A stretch of 32,000 nucleotides of DNA from Okeania sp. (GTDB lineage Bacteria; Cyanobacteriota; Cyanobacteriia; Cyanobacteriales; Microcoleaceae): positions 1 to 32,000 of the forward strand of contig NZ_JAYKGW010000023.1 in the NCBI RefSeq assembly GCF_035285525.1. Reading direction: 5' to 3'. Both the position numbers and the translations under genes were made by a program. This document shows positions 8,738-16,666 of this stretch, in pieces. Under the pieces are notes generated by a model. It was not told the DNA's origin, did no database searches, and saw only the letters and a list, made by a program, of their open reading frames with translations. How positions within the stretch are numbered: position 1 is the stretch's first letter; each line of letters opens with the position of its first letter.

Positions 8738-8974
8738 AATATTAATTGTTATAAAAATTATCATAACCAATTTAGGATTGCTATATTATTAACTAAATCA
8801 CCTAAATTTTATCCATGATGATATAGAGTAATTTTACTCAATATCTCAAGAACAAAAACGATTTTTCCTAATTAAAATTATTTAAACTTATTAGTCAAAT
8901 CTTATTTTTGACTTAACCAGTTATAGCTTGTCTTCAATAGTAATTCTAAATAGTTTGTAACATTTTATTTGATT

Positions 8975-9150
8975 TAAACATTCAGCTATTAACCGTTAGC
9001 TATTAGCAATAATATCTAAACCTCAAGGTGAAGCTTTAAATGAATTAACCTATCAAGTCAGCTTTGATAGTAAAATTAAATTTATCTCCATTCATAAAGC
9101 TTTTATCTAAAACTAAAATAAATAGCTAATAGCTGAATGCTGAATGCTGT
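8975..9150. mobile_element. family-B MITE-like element
   Basis: It begins TAAACATTCAGCTATTAACCGTTAGCTATTAGC, contains CATAAAGCTTTTATC, and ends AATAGCTAATAGCTGAATGCTGAATGCTG. Confidence 0.55.
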
Positions 9151-9318
9151 TTCCCCAGCATTCCGTAGGAAATGCTTACCCTTTTATCATAGGAATTTCC
9201 TCTCCAAATCCCTCCCATTTTTGCTTAGATTTGGAAACCAAATTCCTACAACTTTTTTCACGAATCATTTCGGATTGCTAAAGTATAATTTATTCAATAA
9301 GTTAGTCTTCATAGCGCT

Positions 9319-10122
9319 ATGCAAAATAATACAACTAACAACTTTCCAGATATTTCTTACCAGGAGTGGAATACAGAACTTTACGACAGCAAACATTCCT
9401 TTGTTTCTAACTTAGCATTAGATTTATTAGAATTACTTCACCCTCAAATAGGTGAAAAAATTCTTGACCTTGGTTGTGGTACAGGTCATTTGACCTATAA
9501 AATTACTACCAGAGGAGCAAAAGTTATAGGAATTGATAATGCTCCAATTATGATTGAAGAAGCTCATCGTTATTATCCAGATATTAAGTTTTTAGTAGGA
9601 GATGGAATTAATTTTGAATTGAAAGAAACATTTGATGCAGTGTTTTCTAATGCAGCCCTTCATTGGATTAAAGAACCAAAAAAGGTTATTCATAATATTT
9701 GGCGTGTACTTAAACCAGGAGGTCGTTTTGTTACAGAATTTGGTGGAAAAGGTAATATTAAAACAATTATTAATGGTATTTATGAAGCTTTAGATGCTGC
9801 TGGTTATGGTAGAAATAAACAACTTAATCCTTGGTATTTTCCCTCTGTAGGAGAATATGCTAATCTTTTAGAATCGGAGGGGTTTTTATTGACTTTTGCT
9901 AGTTTGGTAGATAGACCAACTAAACTTGAAGATGGAGAATATGGTCTGGGAAATTGGATTAGGATGTTCGCGAGTTGTTTCTTTGTAGGAATCCCAGAAA
10001 AAAAGCAAAATATTATTATTGATGATATTAAAGATAGATTGCGTCCTCATTTATATAAGAAGGGTAAATGGATAGCTGATTATAAGAGAATTAGGATTGT
10101 CGCTTATAAAATTAATGAATAA
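9319..10122 (+). CDS. class I SAM-dependent methyltransferase (trans-aconitate methyltransferase-like)
   Basis: 267 aa with motif I ILDLGCGTGHLT, followed by VIGIDNAP and FSNAALHW. Confidence 0.85.
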   Translation: MQNNTTNNFPDISYQEWNTELYDSKHSFVSNLALDLLELLHPQIGEKILDLGCGTGHLTYKITTRGAKVIGIDNAPIMIEEAHRYYPDIKFLVGDGINFELKETFDAVFSNAALHWIKEPKKVIHNIWRVLKPGGRFVTEFGGKGNIKTIINGIYEALDAAGYGRNKQLNPWYFPSVGEYANLLESEGFLLTFASLVDRPTKLEDGEYGLGNWIRMFASCFFVGIPEKKQNIIIDDIKDRLRPHLYKKGKWIADYKRIRIVAYKINE

Positions 10123-10126
10123 TCAA

Positions 10127-10224
10127 GTAAGCATTCAGCTATTAGCTCTCAGCTCTCAGCAATCTTGCTTAATAAAACTTTTATCGCCTAAATAATAGCT
10201 AATCGCTGACTGCTAAATACTTAC
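10127..10224. mobile_element. family-B MITE-like element (98-bp short variant)
   Basis: GTAAGCATTCAGCTATTAGCTCTCAGC ... TAGCTAATCGCTGACTGCTAAATACTTAC. It starts 4 nt after the methyltransferase stop codon. Confidence 0.6.
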
Positions 10225-10283
10225 ATAATAAATAATTCATATATGGATAATTGATAATTCAGCAAACCCTAATAATTAATTAA

Positions 10284-10332
10284 TAATTATTAATTATTAA
10301 TTATTAATTATTAATTATTAATTACTAATTGC
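10284..10332. repeat. STRR-like heptamer array, TAATTAT x about 7
   Basis: Five exact TAATTAT units followed by TAATTAC and TAATTGC. The array spans the GT2 stop codon (10318-10320). Confidence 0.9.
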
Positions 10333-11232
10333 TTTATAAACAGCTTTGACATTATACCAATTTAAAAATATTCGAGAAATTTCTAATGCTAACTGCGATT
10401 TTCCTCGGTCAATTAACCATTGCAAAAAAACAGCCATTGTCTTTTCATTTAATCTTCCTCCTAATGATAAAAATCCCCATAATAATCTATGTATCCATGT
10501 CATTTGAATCATCATTTTAACTTCCCAAGTCGGATGTTTTTGATAAAACAAAACTCCCATTTCCCCCCTTTGCATTTCTCTATCAATCATTCTTGGTAAT
10601 TGCTCTAAAGAAAAGGGTGGATGCCAATGATAACCTACAGCTTCTGGGCATTTAATTAATTTTAAACCTAATTTTTTTAACCTAACTCCTAATTCTAAAT
10701 CTTCCCAACCATACTGTTGAAAATCTAGATCAAATAATCCGGCTTCAATTAACCAATGACGAGCGATCGCTACATTTCCTGTAGCAAAAAAGGCTGCAGA
10801 AAAATCTGTTAATTTATAAGGTTCTGAAGTTGGAAAGTCAAAATTACAAGTATTAATTACTCTGCCATAAGTAAATATACGATTTGAATTTTTTCCATAT
10901 TTACTTAAAGCATTTGCGTGTGCCTGAAGAAAATTATCTGTTACTACTAAGTCACTGTCTATAAATATGATAAAATTTCCTTTGGCTGCTTCAATTCCTA
11001 AATTTCTAGCTGCTGCTGGGCCTTGGTGAGATTGACAAAAAAGTTGGAGATGGGGAAATTCTTTGGCATTTGTTTTTAGCCAAGGGATGGTATTATCTGT
11101 TGAGCCATCATCGACTACTATTACTTCATATTGGGTTATGGGTTGTTCATAAATTTGACTTTCTAAGGCGCGGAGGCATTTTTCTAAAATTGGTAGGCGA
11201 TTATAGGTGGGAATAATTATGCTGAAAAACAT
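10318..11232 (-). CDS. family 2 glycosyltransferase
   Basis: 304 aa with IIIPTYNR, VVDDGSTD and FIDSDLV (DxD). The last codons and the stop codon lie inside a TAATTAT heptamer array. Confidence 0.88.
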   Translation of the reverse strand: MFFSIIIPTYNRLPILEKCLRALESQIYEQPITQYEVIVVDDGSTDNTIPWLKTNAKEFPHLQLFCQSHQGPAAARNLGIEAAKGNFIIFIDSDLVVTDNFLQAHANALSKYGKNSNRIFTYGRVINTCNFDFPTSEPYKLTDFSAAFFATGNVAIARHWLIEAGLFDLDFQQYGWEDLELGVRLKKLGLKLIKCPEAVGYHWHPPFSLEQLPRMIDREMQRGEMGVLFYQKHPTWEVKMMIQMTWIHRLLWGFLSLGGRLNEKTMAVFLQWLIDRGKSQLALEISRIFLNWYNVKAVYKAISN

Positions 11233-11242
11233 ATATCTATTT

Positions 11243-11273
11243 CAGTTATCAGTTATCAGTTATTAGTTATTAG
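11243..11273. repeat. STRR-like heptamer array, CAGTTAT x 3 plus TAGTTAT variants
   Basis: It lies directly upstream of the GT2 start. The same heptamer recurs at 15338-15356 and 18461-18479. Confidence 0.85.
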
Positions 11274-11404
11274 TACCTCTGGTTGAATGAAGTATTGGGG
11301 TTGAAACACTGAAGTTTATTTTCTCTTGGTAGATTATTGATGCTAAAATCTTGTTATATAGCTATTTTGCTTCTGAGACTCGTAAGTTATTGAGATGAAA
11401 TCTG

Positions 11405-11700
11405 CTTTAATATCTGCATTTTCTACCTCAAAACTATAACGTTATAGGTTGAGCTAAGATTCTCAAACAAATTTAGCTAGAAATTTCTTTTCAATTTTCC
11501 AAATCAGAAAAATTTTGAGTTTCTCCTAACTATGGAATTTTGGAAATTAAGGCAAGAAAGATAATATCTCAATCTTCTACTTCCCAAACTATAACGTTAT
11601 AGTTTTCCCTAAGATTCTCAATCAAACTTAGCTAGAAATTTCTTTCCAATTTTAAAAATCAGAAAAAATTTCCGAAAAATTTTGTTTTTTTCCTCTAGTT
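11405..11700. repeat. 2 x about 154-bp tandem duplication, each unit with a palindrome centred on ACGT
   Basis: Unit landmarks TTCTAC (11421 and 11575) give a 154-bp period. Unit 1 has CTATAACGTTATAG (11434-11447). Unit 2 has the perfect 20-bp palindrome AAACTATAACGTTATAGTTT (11586-11605). Both units also share TAAGATTCTCAA.CAAA.TTAGCTAGAAATTTCTTT.CAATTTT. Confidence 0.8.
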
Positions 11701-11716
11701 GAATTTCTTCAGATTC

Positions 11717-11746
11717 TTGAGTATAACAAAAATCTTTACCTAAAAT
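11717..11746 (+). promoter_or_regulatory. candidate sigma70-type promoter for argG
   Basis: TTGAGT (11717-11722), an 18-nt spacer, then TAAAAT (11741-11746), 65 nt upstream of the argG ATG. This is a pattern match only. Confidence 0.3.
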
Positions 11747-11810
11747 GACAATAAAACGACGCATTTAATCTGATAATAAGAGATTCAGTCCTTAATTTTT
11801 CAAGAAAAAC

Positions 11811-13013
11811 ATGAGTCGTGCCAATAAAGTTGTACTAGCATATTCCGGAGGAGTAGATACCTCCGTTTGTATCCCCTACCTAAAAAATGAGTGGGGAGTA
11901 AAAGAAGTAATTACCCTAGCAGCAGATTTAGGACAAGGAGACGAACTAGAAGCAGTTCAGAAAAAAGCCTTAAATTCTGGGGCAGTCGAATCTCTGGTCA
12001 TAGATGTTGTCGAACCTCTAATCAAAGAATATGCTTTTCCTGCAATTCAAGCAAATGCCCTATATGAAAATCGTTACCCTCTCTCAACAGCATTAGCTAG
12101 ACCTTTAATTGCCAAAATATTAGTAGAGGCAGCAGAAAAATATGGTGCTGATGCTATTGCCCACGGTTGTACGGGAAAAGGTAACGACCAAGTAAGATTT
12201 GACGTTGCTATTGCCGGCCTAAATCCGAAAATTAAGATTCTCGCTCCAGCACGGGAGTGGGGAATGAGTCGGGAAGAAACTATCGCTTATGGTGAAAAAT
12301 ATGGCATTCCTGCTCCTGTGAAAAAATCTTCCCCTTACAGTATAGATAAAAATTTATTGGGGATGGCCATCGAAGCAGGTGAGTTGGAAGATCCTTGGGT
12401 GGAACCTCCAGAGGCAGTTTATGGAATGACCAAGGCGATCGCTAATACTCCCAACGAACCAGAATATGTTGAGATTGGTTTTGAGGGGGGTATTCCTGTT
12501 AGTCTCAACGGTCAAAGAATGGATGGTATTGAGTTAATAAGTAAACTTAATCAGATAGGGGGAAATCATGGTGTTGGGAGAATAGACATGATTGAAAATC
12601 GTTTAGTGGGGATTAAGTCAAGAGAAATTTATGAGTGTCCAGCGATGTGGATTTTAATTCAAGCACACCGAGACTTAGAAAGTTTGACTTTAACTGCTGA
12701 TGTGACTCGTTATAAGCGGGGTATTGAGGAAACTTACAGTCAGTTAGTTTATAACGGTTTGTGGTTTAGCCCGTTGAAGGGTGCGTTGGATGCTTTTATT
12801 CAGGAGACTCAGGAAAGGGTGACTGGTGTTGTACGAGTGAAGTTGTTTAAGGGTAATATGATGGTTGTCGGTCGTAAGTCGGATAATTCTTTGTATAGTT
12901 TTGATTTAGCGACTTATGGTGCAGAGGATGAGTTTGACCATAAAGCTGCGGAAGGATTTATTTATGTTTGGGGTTTGCCGACTCGTGTTTGGTCTGAGAA
13001 AATGAGAGGTTAG
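11811..13013 (+). CDS. argG: argininosuccinate synthase
   Basis: 400 aa with [13 protein letters not shown] (ATP pyrophosphatase motif), [12 protein letters not shown] and [11 protein letters not shown]. Confidence 0.96.
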   Translation: MSRANKVVLAYSGGVDTSVCIPYLKNEWGVKEVITLAADLGQGDELEAVQKKALNSGAVESLVIDVVEPLIKEYAFPAIQANALYENRYPLSTALARPLIAKILVEAAEKYGADAIAHGCTGKGNDQVRFDVAIAGLNPKIKILAPAREWGMSREETIAYGEKYGIPAPVKKSSPYSIDKNLLGMAIEAGELEDPWVEPPEAVYGMTKAIANTPNEPEYVEIGFEGGIPVSLNGQRMDGIELISKLNQIGGNHGVGRIDMIENRLVGIKSREIYECPAMWILIQAHRDLESLTLTADVTRYKRGIEETYSQLVYNGLWFSPLKGALDAFIQETQERVTGVVRVKLFKGNMMVVGRKSDNSLYSFDLATYGAEDEFDHKAAEGFIYVWGLPTRVWSEKMRG

Positions 13014-13041
13014 TAGAACGTCGATTTTTTGAGTTTGATTA

Positions 13042-13085
13042 TTTCTGTAGGGATGAAATTTTGTCTCTACAGAAATAGTTTTTGT
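13042..13085 (+). terminator. probable argG terminator (CTGTAG...CTACAG hairpin plus T-run)
   Basis: TTTCTGTAG (13042-13050) pairs with CTACAGAAA (13067-13075) and is followed by TAGTTTTTGTG. It lies 29 nt after the argG stop. Confidence 0.55.
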
Positions 13086-13152
13086 GATATAGTTAATAAC
13101 CGAATAATTTATAAAAAATATTACCTAATATTGCAAGGATATCGTCTGTTGA

Positions 13153-13413
13153 TTATATTCGTTATTTGACCCGAAAGGAGAATGGATAAAAGAGAAATTA
13201 CAAGGGTATCGTTTAGACGAAAAAACGAAAGTTTATGAATTAATTACAGATGGTAGAGGTGAACCTTTAAAATTAAGGTTAAAAGTAGAGGGTAAATTAA
13301 TAGGATTTTATCGAGAAGATACAGGAGAAAAATTGTTAATTTCTGAAGAATTACAAGAAGCTTTAAACCGGGAGATTTTAGTAAGACAAGAAGCAGAAAA
13401 ATTAGAATCTTGA
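13153..13413 (+). pseudogene. C-terminal remnant of a Uma2-family (DUF820) endonuclease gene
   Basis: 87 open codons with no start, directly after a TGA: LYSLFDPKGEWIKEKLQGYRLDEKTKVYELITDGRGEPLKLRLKVEGKLIGFYREDTGEKLL... This matches my memory of the EYWLFDP...GYRL...TGE.LL C-terminal region of cyanobacterial Uma2 proteins. The N-terminal two thirds are missing. Confidence 0.55.
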
Positions 13414-13465
13414 TTATCTCTTGATCGCGATCGCTTTGGAGAATTAGAAAATAATGAATAATAAA

Positions 13466-13699
13466 TAATTAGGGTTGGCTGATTTATCGGGAACCGTAAA
13501 AGTCTGATGGTGAAGGTAGGGAACACTTAACTGGGAAAAGTTTAGAGTATCTGCTACGGACAAATTTTCTGATTGTAAGTAACAAAACTCTACCATTTTG
13601 AAACGACAAAAACCAAAGACTAGGTACTTTTTTAGGACTTAAAAAAGCTCAAACTTTTAGTTTTCAATGATTTTATATTTATTCAGCAAGTCCTAATTA
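13466..13699. mobile_element. family-A MITE-like element (about 234 bp)
   Basis: TAATTAGGGTTGGCTGATTTATCGGGAACCGTAAAAGTCTGATGG ... TATTTATTCAGCAAGTCCTAATTA. Confidence 0.6.
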
Positions 13700-13756
13700 A
13701 TAATTAATAATTCAGGTTAGAAGCCTTCTCTCACTTCTCACTCTCCCCAAACTCTC

Positions 13757-14611
13757 CTACTCATCAAGTGACCTTGCCTGCTCAAAAATCTTTGAACTAT
13801 GACTATCTCCTACAAAACGCCAATGCCAAGGTTCATAACTAATACCTTGAGGGTTATCTCTGGGGAAAGATAACTCAAAACCATAATTACCAGCATTTTT
13901 TTCTAACCATTGAAACGCCCTAGTATTTTCAAAACTAACACTGAGATTACTCTCTGGTGATATAGCATCCCCAATATCAATAGCATAACCTGTATGATGT
14001 TCGCTATAACCAGGAGGGGCACTAACTTCAGCTCTTTGAGATGTTTCTTGTCCCCGCTCTGCTTTAACCTCAAAAAATAAATACTCTTGATCTGCCACAG
14101 TTCTGAACCCCGAAATAGGAACTAACTCAATATTTGCAGACCAAGCTGCATTTGCCATAACCTTAAACTTTTTTGCTGCATTTGAATGTAGTTTAATATT
14201 TTGTTTGCCAAATACAGGAGTTAGTTCTTGCCAAGATACTTCTTTGTAGGGCAAATGTCCTAATATATTTTCTTTCTGCTGAATGGAAGGACTAAAAGAT
14301 GGGGAGGGTGAAAGCGTTTCTGTAGAAGTTGGAGATGGTTCGACTACTTTTTTGCCAATATTTTGTTTCATTTGGGCAATTGAAAAATTGTCTGGAATTT
14401 TCTGAAATTGGAAGTGCAAACCAATACTAATTATCAGAGCGATCGCTCCTATCATTAGTAGTTGCCAAACCTGCCATGTTTTCTGAGATTGAAAAGGTTG
14501 ATTTTTTGTACCTTCGTATTCATCTCTTACTGCTTCAGGAATGTCATCTACTGGCAATTTTTCCTCGTCTGGTCTTTTTTTTAATAAACCTAGCTTATTC
14601 AAAATTTTCAC
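13757..14611 (-). CDS. membrane-anchored D-alanyl-D-alanine carboxypeptidase family protein (peptidase M15B, VanY-like)
   Basis: 284 aa with zinc-site motifs SEHHTGYAID (SxHxxGxAxD) and EPWHWRF (ExxH), plus SGFRTVADQEYLF. It has one TM helix (WQLLMIGAIALIISIGL) and a Ser/Pro-rich linker. The start codon is GTG at 14611-14609. Confidence 0.88.
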   Translation of the reverse strand: MKILNKLGLLKKRPDEEKLPVDDIPEAVRDEYEGTKNQPFQSQKTWQVWQLLMIGAIALIISIGLHFQFQKIPDNFSIAQMKQNIGKKVVEPSPTSTETLSPSPSFSPSIQQKENILGHLPYKEVSWQELTPVFGKQNIKLHSNAAKKFKVMANAAWSANIELVPISGFRTVADQEYLFFEVKAERGQETSQRAEVSAPPGYSEHHTGYAIDIGDAISPESNLSVSFENTRAFQWLEKNAGNYGFELSFPRDNPQGISYEPWHWRFVGDSHSSKIFEQARSLDE

Positions 14612-14627
14612 CTAAAACTCCTCAAAA

Positions 14628-14656
14628 GAAAGTCAAAAGTCAAAAGTCAAAAGTCA
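14628..14656. repeat. STRR-like heptamer array, CAAAAGT x about 4
   Basis: GAAAGTCAAAAGTCAAAAGTCAAAAGTCAG, about 15 nt upstream of the M15 peptidase start. Confidence 0.85.
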
Positions 14657-14792
14657 GAATTTAAGGTGGAATAGACATCTCCAACAACTAAAAATCAAAT
14701 TAATTCCCTAGATCAACTAAGAGAAAATCAACTTTAGTATTTCCAGTCTTTTACTTCAGCCAGAGGTACTGATAACTGAAATGACTGTTTCT

Positions 14793-15122
14793 TTAATGTC
14801 CAATTGCCGAATCTGTGGTTTCTACCTCATTTAATCCATTATTGTTGTCCATAATTTTTCTTGGTCTACCTGGTTTACGCTTGTGACGTTGACTAATAGA
14901 TTTATCACTGGCTACAGCTAATTCTTCTGGAGTGCATTTTAAAATATCCAGAATTTCTAGGTACTTTTGGGGAGTCATGGTTGGTTCTGTACGCCCTGTC
15001 TCCCAGTTACGCACACTGGTTTCGCTAATGCTAAGTCGCTCTGCTACCTCAGCACGGGTAAGCCCCGCACGTTCTCTCAGGGCTTCCATGTCCATACTTT
15101 TAATGTTCTCTCCGCCAATCAT
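14793..15122 (-). CDS. XRE-family helix-turn-helix transcriptional regulator with an AT-hook-like basic tail
   Basis: 109 aa with HTH LTRAEVAERLSISETSVRNWETG and tail KRKPGRPRK. Alternative ATG starts lie at 15095 and 15089. Confidence 0.8.
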   Translation of the reverse strand: MIGGENIKSMDMEALRERAGLTRAEVAERLSISETSVRNWETGRTEPTMTPQKYLEILDILKCTPEELAVASDKSISQRHKRKPGRPRKIMDNNNGLNEVETTDSAIGH

Positions 15123-15250
15123 TTATATTATATATAAAATTTTTTTGAAAACTAATTATATAATTCAATTAAACTATCTTATTGTAAACTTCTTCAAAGA
15201 GAATTGTCTAGTTTTTTTTAAAAAAAGACTGAATTATTTTTTTAGAAAGT

Positions 15251-15288
15251 AGGGAGTCGGGATTAGGGAGTAGGGAGTAGGGGAGTGA
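15251..15288. repeat. STRR-like heptamer array of GGGAGTA type
   Basis: AGGGAGTCGGGATTAGGGAGTAGGGAGTAGGGGAGTG. A reverse-complement array (TACTCCC type) lies at 15641-15678. Confidence 0.8.
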
Positions 15289-15640
15289 AGAGTCTTGAGA
15301 AGGAATAAAAAATATATAGACGAGGTGGCCGTCATTTCAGTTATCAGTTATCAGTAAAAATTGTCCCTTAAAATTTTTTCCCTTATTTGGCCAAAAGAAC
15401 TTTTCAATCTCAACAGCCATCATTTTTTTCAAAATCAAAAAATCACTTTTGATTATACAGAATATTGCGGGAAAATGAGGTGAAAATCATGTAGTGCGGG
15501 AATCTTCCCCGTATGGATGTGTACCTAATAACAACGGAGAGTGCTGTATGTCAATATTTTTAAGAATGAATTAGCTAAAATTTTTTATCATAAATTAAAA
15601 CAAAAGTCAATATTAGTGTAAATTTGTTTTTGTTTTTTTC

Positions 15641-15678
15641 TACTCCCTACTCCCCTACTCTCCTACTCCCCACTCCCT
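15641..15678. repeat. STRR-like heptamer array of TACTCCC type
   Basis: TACTCCCTACTCCCCTACTCTCCTACTCCCCACTCCC, ending at the sufE stop codon. Confidence 0.8.
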
Positions 15679-16092
15679 TCAGTTTAAGTATGAATTAGCT
15701 TGAGTTTTCATCATTTGAAAAATATTGTAAAACCCATTAGCACGGGAAGGAGTTAAGCTGGCTTTTAAACCTGTTTCTTGAATAAAATCTGGAGTTATTT
15801 CTATAATTTCTTGAGGAGTTAATCCATTCAAACCCTCAATTAAAAAAGCTACTAATCCCTTAACTAACTGAGCATCAGAATCCCCTTGATAAGAAACTTT
15901 TCCATCATCTAAATTAGCAGTAATATAAACCTGAGATTGACAACCATAAACTTTATTTTCTGGTATTTTTTCAGCTTCTGGAAAATCAGGTAACTTTTTA
16001 GCATACCAAAGTAATTGTTCATAGCGCAACTTATTAGAAGATGCCCGTTGAAATTTTTTAACAATACGTTCTAATGCAGATGGTAAAGACAT
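15679..16092 (-). CDS. sufE: SufE-family cysteine desulfuration (sulfur acceptor) protein
   Basis: The motif YGCQSQVYI contains the conserved acceptor Cys, and RYEQLLWYAKKLP is also present. The ORF-track start at 16098 is a TTG. The ATG two codons later (16092) gives MSLPSALERIV, which I prefer. Confidence 0.88.
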   Translation of the reverse strand: MSLPSALERIVKKFQRASSNKLRYEQLLWYAKKLPDFPEAEKIPENKVYGCQSQVYITANLDDGKVSYQGDSDAQLVKGLVAFLIEGLNGLTPQEIIEITPDFIQETGLKASLTPSRANGFYNIFQMMKTQANSYLN

Positions 16093-16098
16093 ATTCAA

Positions 16099-16160
16099 TA
16101 ATTAACAATTAATAATTAATAATTAATAATTACCTCTTTTTATCTTCTTAAAAAAAGAGG
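16099..16160. repeat. composite repeat: AATTAAT-type heptamer array plus CCTCTT...AAGAGG hairpin (copy 1)
   Basis: AATTAACAATTAATAATTAATAATTAATAATTA followed by CCTCTTTTT-ATCTTCTTA-AAAAAGAGG and then ATTGATTTAG. A near-identical arrangement lies at 26254-26317. Confidence 0.7.
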
Positions 16161-16187
16161 ATTGATTTAGAGGAACTTGTTTTATTT

Positions 16188-16371
16188 GTAAGCATTCAGT
16201 AGTCAGCATTCAGCCATCAGATTTTGAAACAAATCTATAATTTTCAACCATAAATATACATCGTTTAACAATGTCAGATATATGGTTAAAAAGTAGAAGT
16301 TAAAACAATGCTTGCCATTCATTTCTATTACGTTTGAGCTGACTGCTGACAACTAATAGCTGAATGCTTAC
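16188..16371. mobile_element. family-B MITE-like element (184 bp)
   Basis: GTAAGCATTCAGTAGTCAGCATTCAGCCATCAG ... GAGCTGACTGCTGACAACTAATAGCTGAATGCTTAC. Confidence 0.7.
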
Positions 16372-16561
16372 TTTTATTTTTTACCCCTATCCCTAAAAGT
16401 AGAGGATTTAAACCTTTATTTTTCGGTAATACAAAATTAGGAATTGGGAGCAAGATATAAAATTAACATATATTTTAAGAATTAAGCAATCGGTAAGAGT
16501 TTCAGAGCTTATTTCTTATTTCTAGTCTTTTAATTCTTATAACCTATACACGGATTGCTAC

Positions 16562-16606
16562 TTTTGACTTTTTATTTTTGACTTTTGACTTTTTATTTTT
16601 GACTTC
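16562..16606. repeat. TTTTGAC / TTTTTAT heptamer array
   Basis: TTTTGACTTTTTATTTTTGACTTTTGACTTTTTATTTTTGACTTC in the typA upstream region. It is the complement type of the array at 14628. Confidence 0.8.
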
Positions 16607-16666
16607 AAACTATCGGTTACAATTGTTTAATAAACTTAACAGTAGTATCTGTAACATAAAAATATT

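Noticed and set aside
9137-9415. ORFs that begin inside repeat elements: 9137-9415, 13308-13526 and 19522-19728.
   Set aside because: They start within family-B, family-A or family-C elements or run antisense to the Uma2 remnant. Their sequences are hydrophobic or low-complexity translations of repeats. The 9137 ORF also overlaps the start of the methyltransferase gene.
11280-11310. Possible CRISPR array. The sequence GGTTGAATGAAGTATTGGGGTTGAAAC ends like some cyanobacterial CRISPR repeats, and the window has several tandem repeats.
   Set aside because: The GTTGAAAC-ending sequence occurs once only. The tandem repeats at 11405, 27773, 29970 and 31455 are contiguous, with no unique spacers between units. 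No cas genes are present.
13153-15122. Prophage remnant idea: an XRE repressor-like gene plus a VanY/M15 endolysin-like peptidase plus a nuclease remnant.
   Set aside because: There are no capsid, tail, integrase, holin or att-like features. The peptidase has a housekeeping-type membrane anchor and linker. The Uma2 remnant belongs to a family common throughout cyanobacterial chromosomes.
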